A stretch of DNA of 64,000 bases, taken from Rhodothermales bacterium. Its GTDB lineage: Bacteria; Bacteroidota; Rhodothermia; Rhodothermales; Bin80. Shown here piece by piece: positions 1 through 10,392 of the stretch. Every line of letters begins with the position of its first letter. Position 1 is the first letter of the stretch. The stretch is taken from positions 1,640,904 through 1,704,903 of the forward strand of contig OZ241874.1 of assembly GCA_965203305.1 (NCBI GenBank), written 5' to 3'. The translations under genes were made by a program, and so were the position numbers. The notes under the pieces were generated by a model. That model was not told the origin of the DNA and made no database searches. It saw only the letters and a program-made list of their open reading frames with translations.

Positions 1-161
1 GGTTCTGTGCCCGTGAGACTTTTTGGGAACAGTGTATATACTGTACAGTATCATGCCCCTGATTCATTCTGGTCAGCCAAAAATATTCACCGTGTCCAGC
101 CCTGCACGGTGGGCACTTTGACGGGGATGCGATCTTACTTGGGCAATATCCTTACACCAAT

Positions 162-428
162 ATGATAACGAAAGAACAAACTCAACACCTAGCGGAGAAG
201 TATGGCAGCGGGCCCTCGGATACGGGAAGGGCAGAAGTACAGATTGCGATTTTTTCTGAGCGAATTCGCCATCTGACACAGCACTTAAAAAACAATAGCA
301 AAGATCACGCAACGCGGCGCGGACTGCTGAAACTGGTTGGAAAGCGTCGTAGAATGCTCAATTATCTGATTAACAAGGATATTGAGCGTTATCGAAATAT
401 CACCAAAGCGTTAGGCCTGCGCAAGTAG
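162..428 (+). CDS. rpsO: 30S ribosomal protein S15
   Basis: 88-aa ORF with the conserved S15 core ([33 protein letters not shown]). Classic rpsO-pnp synteny with the next gene. Confidence 0.95.
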   Translation: MITKEQTQHLAEKYGSGPSDTGRAEVQIAIFSERIRHLTQHLKNNSKDHATRRGLLKLVGKRRRMLNYLINKDIERYRNITKALGLRK

Positions 429-440
429 GCAAAGTAAATA

Positions 441-470
441 TCTGAACTGTGTTCAGAAACGCTTTATTAT
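441..470 (+). terminator. Hairpin plus T-rich tract between rpsO and pnp (terminator/attenuator-like)
   Basis: Perfect 7-bp stem TCTGAAC-tgt-GTTCAGA at 441-457, followed by a T-rich stretch. It lies between the rpsO stop and the pnp start, where an rpsO terminator/pnp leader is known in other bacteria. Confidence 0.4.
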
Positions 471-481
471 TATGAGGTTAC

Positions 482-2712
482 ATGACCCCCAAAGCAATAA
501 CGGCGCAAGTAGAATATGCGCCGGGAAAAATCATATCAATGGAAACCGGCCGCTTGGCCAAGCAGGCAGGAGGCGCGGTTGTCGTACGTACCGGAGACAC
601 AATGGTGATGGCGACCGCTGTCGCCTCAAATACAGCCCGTCCCGGGCAGAGCTTCTTTCCGCTCACGGTGGATTACAGAGAAAAATTCTCCTCTGGAGGA
701 AAGATTCCCGGTGGCTTCATCAAGCGGGAAGGGAGGCTGAACGATAAAGAAATTCTTACATCCCGACTGGTTGACCGTGCAGTCCGCCCCCTCTTTCCAG
801 AGGGCTATCGGAATGAAGTCCAGCTGATTGGCTCGGTAATTTCAGCAGACAGCGAGAATGACGGAGACATGCTTTTCGGCATAGGAGCCTCCGCTGCATT
901 GATGCTGTCAGGAGCTCCCTTTGACGGGCCAATTGCAGAAGTTCGTATTGGACGCATTCAAGGCAGACTTATCGTGAACCCGACCAAAGACGAACAGGAA
1001 TTAAGTGATGTGAATCTGGTCGTGGCAGGCAAGATGGATGCCATCATGATGGTGGAGGGAGAAATGGAGGAGTGCTCCGAAGAAGATGTAGTGGAAGCAC
1101 TGGAAATCGCACACGAAGCCATCAAAAAGTTTTGCCAGGCACAATTGGATCTGCGCACAGAATTTGAGTCTGCACATGCTCCGATTGAAGCACAGGAATA
1201 TGAAGTGGACTTGCCAGATTCTGCGCTTGTAGATCGTGTACGGGGAATCCTTCAGGGCAAACTGGAAGCACATATTCGGGATCCCTATGAGAAGAAAAGA
1301 TTCTACAAAGGTCTGTCGGATCTGACGGATGAAGCTGTGGAGACGATCTCCTCGGAGCTTCCCGAATCGGAAGAACCGATTGCGGACCAGATCAAGTCTG
1401 CCGCAGGAATCGTTTCGCGGGATGTTATGCGTGAGATGGTCATGGCAGAGCACAGGCGCATTGACGGACGCGATCCCCAGTCGGTGAGGCCAATCTGGTG
1501 TGAAGCAGGATATCTGCCACGTGTTCATGGATCGTCCATCTTTACCAGAGGCGAAACGCAGGTCATGGCATCAGTTACTCTCGGTACGACACGGGATCAG
1601 CAGCCAGTAGATCAGGTTTTTGATCAGGAAGACAAGCACTTCTTCCTGCATTATGAATTTCCGCCATTCTCGACAGGCGAGGTCAAATTCCTTCGCGGCG
1701 CAAGCAGACGAGAAATTGGACATGGCTACCTTGCAGAACGGGCACTGCAAGGCATGATTCCTGATACAGAGGAGTTCCCGTATACCATTCGGGTGAATGC
1801 AGATGTCCTTGAATCCAATGGATCCTCTTCCATGGCGAGCGTATGTTCTGGAAGCCTTGCACTCATGGATGCAGGCATTCCTGTCCGCAAGGCGGTTGCA
1901 GGTGTCGCAATGGGAATGATCGCGGACGAAACCCGACACGTTGTGCTTACGGATATTCTCGGTACAGAGGATCATCTGGGAGATATGGATTTCAAGGTGA
2001 CAGGAACTCGTGACGGGATTACGGCATGCCAGATGGATATCAAGATCAGCGGGCTTTCCAGAGAGCTGATGCTGCAGGCACTGCTGCAGGCACGGGAAGC
2101 CAGACTGCACATCCTGGATGTTATGGATCAGACCCTTGCTGCACCACGCGAAACCATGTCTCCCCATGCCCCCAGACTCACCCAGATTACGATTGACGGG
2201 GAGCTGATTGGTGCCATCATTGGTCCGGGAGGCAAGATTGTTCGGGGAATACAGGCGGATACGGGAGTTGTCATTGAAGTGGAAGAAAAGGACAACCTGG
2301 GATATGTCACCATCGCAGGCTCTGATGAAGATTCCGTCAATAAGGCGATTGAAATTATTCGCTCTCTGGTTACAATGCCAGAAGTGGGCGAAGAATACGA
2401 GGGACGGTTCGCAGCATTATTGACATTGGTGCCATTGTGGAAATCCTCCCCGGGAAAGAGGGGCTTGTGCACAAGAGCGAATTGTCCTGGGACTGGATTG
2501 ACGATCCGAATGATATCGTACAGGTTGGTGACAGGATCAAGGTAAGGCTTATGGAAATTCGTGATCGCGGAAGACTTCGCCTCAGCCACAAGGTGACACT
2601 TCCTCGTCCGGCACATGCGTCTCGCGGGGATCGTCCTCCTCGCGGAGGAGGACGTGGTAGTGGAGGACATCATCGCGGAGGCAGAGGGAATTTCCGGGGG
2701 CCACGCCGCTAA
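482..2712 (+). CDS. pnp: Polyribonucleotide nucleotidyltransferase (PNPase), interrupted by a 1-nt frameshift near 2402-2406
   Basis: ORF-track pieces 482..2545 and 2437..2712 together give two RNase PH domains, a KH domain (IGAIIGPGGKIVRGIQ) and an S1 domain (GAIVEILPGKEGLVHKSEL). The reading frame switches between codon GGA 2402-2404 and ACG 2404-2406. The span of 2231 nt is not a multiple of 3. Confidence 0.9.
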
Positions 2713-2731
2713 TAGCTGGATACCAAAAGTT

Positions 2732-3994
2732 GTGATTGCCAAAACGACACTGCCCAGTGGTGTCCGCATTCTCAGTGAGTCTGTTCCTTCCGTGAGATCA
2801 ATTGCCACAGGGGTATGGATTGACTCTGGAAGCCGCAATGACCCGGAGAATCAGGCGGGGATCAGTCACTTTGTTGAGCACGCCGTCTTCAAGGGCACGG
2901 CAAAACGCCGGATGCATCAGATTGCCAGCCGCATGGAGTCGGTGGGCGGGTATCTCAATGCGTTTACCTCCAAGGAGCATACATGCTATCTTGCCAGAGC
3001 CTTGGACTCCCATCTTGCCAGAAGTGTTGATTCAGTGTGCGATCTGGTTGCCTCTCCTGTATTTCCAGAGCATGAGATTGAAAAGGAAAAGGGCGTGGTT
3101 CTTGAAGAGATTAAGATGTATGATGATGCTCCAGAGGAGTATATCCTGGATCAGTTCGAATCCGTCATATACCCGTCTCAGGCGATTGGCCGGCCGATCA
3201 TTGGATACCCTGAGACAGTTGCAGAACTTGAACGGGAGGATCTTCTCAGACATGTATCCAGCCGGTATACACCAGACCAAATCGTTGTAGCTGCTTCCGG
3301 GAATCTTCGTCACACAATGCTGGTCAGAAGTGTGAAAAAAGCATTTGAGGGGCTCCGCCCTGCCAGCAAAGATGTCGGCAAAGAGGGCAGGCTCTCTCCG
3401 TATCAGGCAGCGGAAGTATCCCTCACACGACCAATACAGCAGGCTCATCTGATTCTGGGGCGACCTGCCATCTCCATACACTCGAAATACAGACCTGCAC
3501 TGGAGCTGATAAATATCATTCTGGGAGGAGGCAGTTCCAGTCGGCTGAACCAGAGAATTCGGGAGAGGTACGGATTCTGCTACACGATTCATTCATTCCT
3601 GAATACATATTCCGACTGCGGGGACTTTGGAATTTATTTGGGGCTGGATCCGTCAAGGATCAGCCATGCTCTCCGTCTGATCTTCCGCGAGCTTGATCGC
3701 CTGGTGCAGAAGCCTGTGAGCAAACAGGTACTGTCCCGTGCAAAGGTGCAGGCTCGGGGAGGAATTGCACTCGGGCTGGAGAGCATGTCCAACCGGATGA
3801 TTCGTCTTGGAAAGCAGGAACTGCATTTCGGGAGAGTGATCCCCATAGACGAGACGATTGCGGAACTGGAAGCGGTCACTGCAGAAGAAATTCAAACATT
3901 TGCTTCCGAATTTCTCGTACCGGATGCTTTTTCCAGGGTCCTGCTTGTCCCTGCACATTCCAACCATCTGAAACGGCAAACAGGACTGGCCTGA
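2732..3994 (+). CDS. M16 family zinc peptidase (insulinase-like)
   Basis: HxxEH zinc motif (HFVEHAVFKGT) in ORF 2615..3994. The start was moved to GTG 2732 because the upstream part overlaps the pnp tail in another frame. Confidence 0.85.
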   Translation: MIAKTTLPSGVRILSESVPSVRSIATGVWIDSGSRNDPENQAGISHFVEHAVFKGTAKRRMHQIASRMESVGGYLNAFTSKEHTCYLARALDSHLARSVDSVCDLVASPVFPEHEIEKEKGVVLEEIKMYDDAPEEYILDQFESVIYPSQAIGRPIIGYPETVAELEREDLLRHVSSRYTPDQIVVAASGNLRHTMLVRSVKKAFEGLRPASKDVGKEGRLSPYQAAEVSLTRPIQQAHLILGRPAISIHSKYRPALELINIILGGGSSSRLNQRIRERYGFCYTIHSFLNTYSDCGDFGIYLGLDPSRISHALRLIFRELDRLVQKPVSKQVLSRAKVQARGGIALGLESMSNRMIRLGKQELHFGRVIPIDETIAELEAVTAEEIQTFASEFLVPDAFSRVLLVPAHSNHLKRQTGLA

Positions 3995-4080
3995 GAAAAA
4001 CAGCCTGAAACCAGGTCTGGACCAAATTGCTCTGATCCTGCGAGTTTCGTAGTTCGCGCCTCGCAGACCAGTTTTTATCC

Positions 4081-6813
4081 TTATCGGACTCTCACGAAGT
4101 GCCCTGTGTGCACGAAACGTTTCTCGGCAGAGTTGGCCGTCAGGCGATACAGGTATGCTCCCGAGGGAAGGGATATCCCGCGCAGGGTAATGTCCTGCCC
4201 CGGACCAGCAGGCAGATTGGCTGTCGGCTGCACAAATACGCGTCTCCCTGTCATGTCCAGAACCTCCACATCTACACGGGCGGGCCAAGGAAGATCAAGC
4301 CGGATACTGGTTGCATCCCGGAACGGGTTTGGGTAACTGGCATGGACTGCAAACCTGATCGGCAGGGCATTCTGTTCTGCGGAGACAGAAGAAAGGATCT
4401 CAATCGCAAACACTAACTGGTCTCTGAATTGGTCTGCACCAGTTGCCGTGTAGGTATAAACTGTCGGAGGGATCACTTCCGCAGGGGTTCCACTCAATGT
4501 CCGGGTAGAAGGATCAAAATTCAGTCCTGCGGGCAACTCAGGCATAATTGCATACGTGACTGGCAGACGGGATCCCTTTGCTTCGGGAAGAATCAGCGGC
4601 GTGATCGGATGTGCACTGGAATAAAACTGATCGGCTATCCCGTCAGAAAAAGATACACCACTGCCACATGTAGGGCCGCCCAGATTTGGGATTGAACTTA
4701 GCCAAGCCTGAAACTCATCGTCCGAAGGGGCACAGACCCCAGAAATTCCAAACGAGAGGGTAGCAAGGTTTTGCAAATCCATCAGACATCTGGGCAAAGT
4801 GCCGGTCATGTTGTTCTCCCCCAGGTACAGAACCTCCAGCCGTGACAGGTGGCAGAGCTCGGGCGGAACTTCACCGGACAGCTGATTACTGCTCAGATCC
4901 AGATACTTCAGATTCGTCAGTTTCCCGATCTCCGGGGGAAGTCTGGTCAGTTGATTCCCTTGCAATCTCAGGTTCCGAAGATTTGAGAGATTTCCGATCT
5001 CCGGCGGAAGCGTGGTCAACTGATTTTCTCCCAGATGCAGTTTTTTCAGATTTGACAGATTTCCGATCTCTGGAGGGAGTCCCGTCAGCCAGTTGCCTTT
5101 CAGATGGAGAATATTCAGACTGGCCAACTTCCCGAATGCGGAAGGAACTCCGCCCGTCAGCTGATTTCTTCCCAGGGAAAGTTTTCGTAATCTGGACAAG
5201 TTCCCAAGTTCCGGGGGAAGGTTTCCCCTCAGATTGTTTCTTGACAGTTCAATCCGGGTCAGATCCCCGTCCTTCACGGCGAGCCCGTGCCACTGTGCAA
5301 AATGCTCTACATTTGGAGGAGTGGTTCCAGTATCCCAACCAGATCTGTTTTTCCACTGATCTCCCCCCGTGGAAATATAGAGTGTATTCAGAGCCTGATA
5401 CAGGAACCTTGCCGATGCCATCCTGATGGCAGCATCGGCATCAACAATTCCCCATCCAAATTCATTATCCGGCGCGCTGGACTGACTGGCTGTTGCGGTC
5501 AAAATCTGCCAGACATCCCTTGGCCCAAGATTGGGGTTAACCTCAAGAATTTGTGTTACGATTCCTGCGATCATGGGAGCAGATAATGATGTGCCGTTTC
5601 CCAGTCCATATCCCCCTGCCACAGAGGCCATCCAGACCCTGGCGGCCTGTCCAGATACATCAGGTTTGATACGTCCGTCAAAGGTGGGTCCACGGCTGCT
5701 GAAGCGGGCGACAGCTCTACTTGACCACACCCCGCCCACCGAAATTACCGAATCTCCATCTGCGGGAGTGGTAATTGTTTGTGCATCGGGGCCTCCATTT
5801 CCAGCACTGGAGACTGTCACAATTCCGCGCTGTGCTGCCCAGTCCATGGCAATGGTGGCTGGTCCGGTGTCCCCATCAAGATCCTCTTTTGTGTAGCTCT
5901 CTTGTCCGTCATCAAAATCATAATAGCCCAGGGAAGCTGTGATCACATCCACTCCCTCGGACTCCAGCCACTCCACGGCTGCGACGAAATTGTCTTCTTC
6001 AATATTGCGTTCGTAAGAGCTGCACTCCGAGGCTGCAGCATAGATCGTCGCACCATGGCCAGGTCCTACGATCTGCCCCTTCTGGTATCCTGCTGCGACA
6101 GAGGCAACAAGCATCCCGTGAGCACTGACCCTGGCACAAGCCTGTATTGGGTCATTCTGGGTGAAATCACGGAATTTTTTGAGTTTATTCTCGTCGCGAA
6201 TGTGTATCAGCGAGGGATGGGAAAAGGGTTCCGTTCCTGTCGTATTGAAGTAAGTATCAATAAATCCGAGAACAACTCCATTTCCATTGATCCCCCGCTC
6301 AATAGCTGGAATGGCATTCACGACATCCAGTTGAGTACAGGAGTTGCCAAATATGCTGGATGGACAGTTAGACGAAACTCGTTCGGGAATCAACGAAGAT
6401 ACAGGTGCCACCGGCTGTGTATCAGTGGACAAGAGTGCTACGGGGCGTATACTGCGTACATAGGGAAGGGCAACAATCCGTTTTATTTCGTCCTCGTCCA
6501 GTCGGGCAGTTACAGCATTCAACCAGCGGCTCCGCTGTTCAATCTTGATTCCTCTCCGCTTGAGATCAGCCGCATAGTCTTGCGATACTGGTGCATCCTG
6601 CACGGCAAATCTGGCTGCCAGTCCAAGTTCTCCCCGCAGGGTACGTCGAGCCATGGCTCTGTCCGTCAAGTGGTTCTCTTCTACCTGTTCATGTTTGGCA
6701 AGTACCTCCGGCTTGTCAGCCAGGAAGATCCAGTGTTTGGGTTTTTCCTGGGCGGTTGCAGTATAGAAGGAGATCAAAAAGATCAGTCCAAAGAAGATGG
6801 TTCTACGCATCAT
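4081..6813 (-). CDS. Secreted subtilisin-like (S8) serine protease with a leucine-rich-repeat block and a T9SS C-terminal sorting domain
   Basis: Signal peptide from M19 (MMRRTIFFGLIFLISFYTATAQ). S8 triad motifs GFIDT, HGMLVASVAAG and GTSLSAPMIAG. About 7-8 LRRs (LPPEIGNLSNLxxLxLxxNQLT). The C-terminus (YPNPF...SGAYLYRL...VRVR) is typical of T9SS cargo. Confidence 0.85.
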   Translation of the reverse strand: MMRRTIFFGLIFLISFYTATAQEKPKHWIFLADKPEVLAKHEQVEENHLTDRAMARRTLRGELGLAARFAVQDAPVSQDYAADLKRRGIKIEQRSRWLNAVTARLDEDEIKRIVALPYVRSIRPVALLSTDTQPVAPVSSLIPERVSSNCPSSIFGNSCTQLDVVNAIPAIERGINGNGVVLGFIDTYFNTTGTEPFSHPSLIHIRDENKLKKFRDFTQNDPIQACARVSAHGMLVASVAAGYQKGQIVGPGHGATIYAAASECSSYERNIEEDNFVAAVEWLESEGVDVITASLGYYDFDDGQESYTKEDLDGDTGPATIAMDWAAQRGIVTVSSAGNGGPDAQTITTPADGDSVISVGGVWSSRAVARFSSRGPTFDGRIKPDVSGQAARVWMASVAGGYGLGNGTSLSAPMIAGIVTQILEVNPNLGPRDVWQILTATASQSSAPDNEFGWGIVDADAAIRMASARFLYQALNTLYISTGGDQWKNRSGWDTGTTPPNVEHFAQWHGLAVKDGDLTRIELSRNNLRGNLPPELGNLSRLRKLSLGRNQLTGGVPSAFGKLASLNILHLKGNWLTGLPPEIGNLSNLKKLHLGENQLTTLPPEIGNLSNLRNLRLQGNQLTRLPPEIGKLTNLKYLDLSSNQLSGEVPPELCHLSRLEVLYLGENNMTGTLPRCLMDLQNLATLSFGISGVCAPSDDEFQAWLSSIPNLGGPTCGSGVSFSDGIADQFYSSAHPITPLILPEAKGSRLPVTYAIMPELPAGLNFDPSTRTLSGTPAEVIPPTVYTYTATGADQFRDQLVFAIEILSSVSAEQNALPIRFAVHASYPNPFRDATSIRLDLPWPARVDVEVLDMTGRRVFVQPTANLPAGPGQDITLRGISLPSGAYLYRLTANSAEKRFVHTGHFVRVR

Positions 6814-7277
6814 ATTATTTGTAAAGGAGCATGTCAGAACTGCCTGCAGTGTGACATTTATGAACAATTGGATATATTTGTACTCGTTTCAGAAGAGGTT
6901 CATGCGGGGCTGCTATTCTCCGTGAATGTGTCATTCCAGCAACGACAAATGACTGCGTTTCCCGTTGTTCCACTCTCCTCGTGATACACAGGCCGTGACG
7001 ATTGGCATCATGGCTGGTATTGCTCAGGGCTGCTCAATAACAGTCAGGGATTTCCGGGGAAAGCTAACCAATCTCTCAAGTACCGCACCCAACACGGCCT
7101 AATCTACGAAAAATTCTGTAACACCGAATGCAGCCCTTTCCAGGGCGGGAAGGGGATGGCACAGTCGCAAACGGACTCTGCCATGCAGGAGGACAGAACA
7201 TGTGAATTAGACATTATGAGGCATGTGAGCGTATACGGACTTATTGATCAACGAAATTGAAGTTTGGCCAACATACG

Positions 7278-8210
7278 ATGAAAATCCTTGTTACGGGTGG
7301 GGCAGGATTCATAGGCTCACATATCACGGACTTGCTGGTCAGTCAAGGATATGCCGTTGAGGTACTGGACGATCTCTCCAGCGGGTTTCGGGAAAACCTC
7401 CCGAATTCCGTGAAGCTCCATGCAGAGGATATTCAGTCCCCTGCGGCATCTGTCCTGATGAAGCAAAACAGATATGATGTTCTGGTGCATCACGCAGCAC
7501 AGATGGATGTCCGACGCAGCGTTCAGGATCCGGCGTTTGATGTCTCCGTCAATGTACTGGGACTCATAAACCTCATGGAGGCAGGAAGAGAGAGCGGACT
7601 GAAAAAAGTCATTTTTGCGTCAACAGGCGGTGCAATCTATGGTGAGCCAGAGGCAGGCCCGCAGTGCGAAATGCATCCGCAACAGCCACTCTCGCCATAC
7701 GGGATCAGCAAGTTGACCTCTGAAAAGCTGCTTCACTTTTACTTTTCGGAATATGGAATCCAGTATGTGGCCCTGAGGTATGGGAATGTATACGGTCCCC
7801 GCCAGAATTCGCATGGCGAGGCAGGAGTCATCGCAATCTTTACCGAAAGACTGCTTTCAGGGGAGCCGACCACCATACATGGAGATGGACTGCAGACCCG
7901 AGATTATGTCTATGTGGAGGATGTCGCCCGCGCAAACCTCGCAGCCCTTAACTTTAGCGGAGAATCAGCAGCATTCAATATTGGTACCGGCATGGAGACA
8001 GATGTGGTCACGCTTCATGGCAAACTGCAAGAGGTGACTGGCAGTGAGAAGAAAGCAGTGCACGGTCCGCAGAAGCCGGGAGAGCAGCGGCGCAGTGTGC
8101 TGGACTGCAATCAAGCAGCCCGTCAGCTCTCATGGAAACCAGAAACCAGCCTTGATGCGGGTCTCCGGGAAACCGTCAACTGGTTCAAGTCTCGCAATCT
8201 CCCCGGTTGA
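7278..8210 (+). CDS. NAD-dependent epimerase/dehydratase (UDP-glucose 4-epimerase-like)
   Basis: Rossmann motif MKILVTGGAGFIGSH and the YxxxK region (SPYGISKLTSE). Start taken at MKIL within ORF 7257..8210. Confidence 0.85.
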   Translation: MKILVTGGAGFIGSHITDLLVSQGYAVEVLDDLSSGFRENLPNSVKLHAEDIQSPAASVLMKQNRYDVLVHHAAQMDVRRSVQDPAFDVSVNVLGLINLMEAGRESGLKKVIFASTGGAIYGEPEAGPQCEMHPQQPLSPYGISKLTSEKLLHFYFSEYGIQYVALRYGNVYGPRQNSHGEAGVIAIFTERLLSGEPTTIHGDGLQTRDYVYVEDVARANLAALNFSGESAAFNIGTGMETDVVTLHGKLQEVTGSEKKAVHGPQKPGEQRRSVLDCNQAARQLSWKPETSLDAGLRETVNWFKSRNLPG

Positions 8211-8929
8211 TGTACAGAGTTGAGCTTGACGACTTTGAGGGACCGCTTGATCTTTTGCTGCTCCTCATCAATCGGAGAGAGATAGACATCTTTGACATCC
8301 CGATTGCCCAGATTACAAGCGAATATCTGTCCTGCGTAGGCCTGATGAAGTCCATTAATCTGGACGGAGTCGCAGATTACATCTATTTCGCTGCGCTCTT
8401 GATCAGCATCAAGGCACGAATGCTGCTCCCGCAACCAGAGGCGGCGGGGGAAGAAGAGGCGGCTGATCCACGGCAGCAACTGGTGAATCGGCTTCTTGAA
8501 TACATTCGTTACAAGGATGCAGCAGAAACCCTGGATGAACACCGGGATCGTCGTTTACAACTCTTTACTCGGGGAGACGCATCCAGACCAGCGGAAGCAG
8601 ATATTCCCGAGCAGGATGTTCTGGTCAAAACAACCCTGTTTGATCTCATCAGTGCCCTTCACTCGGCACTGGAAAAAGCATCCGGTGATGAGACAGTGAC
8701 AATCCCCCGGCAGGAATACTCGGTAGAAGAGCAGTCTGAGTATGTGCGCAAAATTTTGTTTGCGGAGAGGCGGATAAGTTTCAGAAACATGGTAAGAGGA
8801 CAGACTAGGGCCTTCATTGTTGCCACATTTCTGGCTATACTGGAAATGATCTTTGCACAGGAAATTCTTGTCTCAAACATGTACAGTGAGAACAGCTTCG
8901 TCATTGAGCGAGAGGATGAGCAGCAGTGA
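8207..8929 (+). CDS. scpA: Segregation and condensation protein A
   Basis: N-terminus VELDDFEGPLDLLLLLINRREIDIFDIPIAQIT is the conserved ScpA signature. The start overlaps the previous stop, and scpB follows. Confidence 0.85.
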   Translation: MMYRVELDDFEGPLDLLLLLINRREIDIFDIPIAQITSEYLSCVGLMKSINLDGVADYIYFAALLISIKARMLLPQPEAAGEEEAADPRQQLVNRLLEYIRYKDAAETLDEHRDRRLQLFTRGDASRPAEADIPEQDVLVKTTLFDLISALHSALEKASGDETVTIPRQEYSVEEQSEYVRKILFAERRISFRNMVRGQTRAFIVATFLAILEMIFAQEILVSNMYSENSFVIEREDEQQ

Positions 8930-9506
8930 AACACAGCACAGCAGGGAAGTTACTTTGGCAATGGCCCTGCAGGCACTGGCATTTGCTTCGGAAACTCCGG
9001 TACGTATCACGCAGATCTGTGCAGTCTATGCCGAAGTGCTTGGAATGGATACTCCACCAGGCGAGAGGGAAGCTGAAGAGGCCCTGGAAATGCTTAACGC
9101 TTCCTTTGAAGAGGGCGGGCATGCACTGCGAATTCAATCCTGGGCAGGTGGCTTGCGCATGGCAACAGTGGCAGCGGCTGCTCCATTTCTTGAGGCTTTT
9201 TTTCGCAGGGAGCGTGAACGCCGCCTGACCAAACCCTTGATGGAAACTCTGGCGATCATTGCCTACAAGCAACCCTCCACAAGAGCGGATGTTGATGCTG
9301 TCCGGGGGGTAGATTCGGGGTACTCAATCCGAAAATTGCTTTCGCTTGATCTTGTGTGCATCACAGGGAGGGCAGAGGTTGCTGGCCGTCCCATGCTGTA
9401 TGCTACCACAGACCGCTTCCTGGAAGAGTTTGGACTCAAGGATCTGGACGGATTGCCAAGCCTGCGTGAAGCGGAAGAATTGCTGGGAGATACGAACTTT
9501 GACTAG
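8916..9506 (+). CDS. scpB: Segregation and condensation protein B
   Basis: Conserved ScpB motifs (LTKPLMETLAIIAYKQPSTRADVDAVRGVDS, RPMLYATTDRFLEEFGL). Start chosen at MSSSETQ, overlapping the scpA end. Confidence 0.85.
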   Translation: MSSSETQHSREVTLAMALQALAFASETPVRITQICAVYAEVLGMDTPPGEREAEEALEMLNASFEEGGHALRIQSWAGGLRMATVAAAAPFLEAFFRRERERRLTKPLMETLAIIAYKQPSTRADVDAVRGVDSGYSIRKLLSLDLVCITGRAEVAGRPMLYATTDRFLEEFGLKDLDGLPSLREAEELLGDTNFD

Positions 9507-9634
9507 GAGCGTTTGCGTCTCTTGATTTCAAATAGTGCAGATTCAGGAAGTGATGAGCATGCGGATGCTGCCTCCTCCGATGGGGAGTCAGCATCGGCGG
9601 CACGACAGGATGCAGAACTGGATTCAGAAGAGCA

Positions 9635-10390
9635 ATGATGCAGACACGGGGAGGCAAACCGAAGGGACAGTCACTGGAAGCGGGAAGACTGAATCGTTAC
9701 ATTGCCCGTTCCGGGGTCTGCTCTCGCAGAGGTGCAGATGAGCTTATTGAAAACGGGCAAGTTCGGGTGAATGGGAAAATTGTCCAGGAGTACTGGTACA
9801 AGGTCAAAAAAGGAGATCAGGTTAGTGTCAACGGCAAGGAAATTTCGCCACGCCAGTTTTTGTACATACTGCTGAACAAGCCCAAGGATACAATCACCAC
9901 TGTCAAGGACCAGAAGGGACGCAAAACGGTTCTGGATCTGATCAGGATCGAAGGGGGAACAAGTGGACTGTTTCCCGTGGGAAGACTTGATCGGAACACT
10001 ACGGGGGTACTGCTCCTGACATCAGATGGTGATCTGGGACATCGGCTGATGCATCCGAGTTTTCAGATTCCCAAGCAGTACAGGGTGCGTACAAAAGATC
10101 CGGTGCGACCGGAACATCTTGATCAACTTCGGCGCGGTGTCGTTCTAGAGGATGGAATGGCGGCCTGTGATCAGGCCATCTATATAAAGTCCGGCAATTC
10201 TTGTGAAATTGGCGTTGAATTGCATGCAGGCAGAAATCGCCAGATTCGACGTATGTTGGCTGCACTGAATCATGAGGTTACCGCTCTGGAGAGAATATCG
10301 TATGCCGGGCTGACAACACACAAACTGCAGCGCGGGAAATGGCGCAGGCTCAGTGAAAAGGAAATTAGAAAATTGATTCGCATGGTTTGA
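9635..10390 (+). CDS. rluB: RsuA/RluB-family 23S/16S rRNA pseudouridine synthase with S4 domain
   Basis: S4 domain (LNRYIARSGVCSRRGADELIENGQVRVNG) and the catalytic motif VGRLDRNTTGVLLLTSDG. Confidence 0.8.
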   Translation: MMQTRGGKPKGQSLEAGRLNRYIARSGVCSRRGADELIENGQVRVNGKIVQEYWYKVKKGDQVSVNGKEISPRQFLYILLNKPKDTITTVKDQKGRKTVLDLIRIEGGTSGLFPVGRLDRNTTGVLLLTSDGDLGHRLMHPSFQIPKQYRVRTKDPVRPEHLDQLRRGVVLEDGMAACDQAIYIKSGNSCEIGVELHAGRNRQIRRMLAALNHEVTALERISYAGLTTHKLQRGKWRRLSEKEIRKLIRMV

Positions 10391-10392
10391 TC

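Noticed and set aside
2615-2731. N-terminal 39 codons of ORF 2615..3994
   Set aside because: They overlap the Arg/Gly-rich pnp tail in another frame. The conserved M16 N-terminus begins at VIAKTTLPSGVRI, so the GTG at 2732 is preferred.
5779-6984. 401-aa plus-strand ORF
   Set aside because: It lies antisense to the S8 protease gene, which has the catalytic triad, a signal peptide and a sorting domain.
7035-7080. SRP-RNA-like stretch (GTCAGGGATTTCCGGGGAAAGC) in the 410-bp intergenic region
   Set aside because: It only loosely resembles the conserved domain IV sequence (GUCAGGUCCGGAAGGAAGCAGC). I could not build a convincing helix 8.
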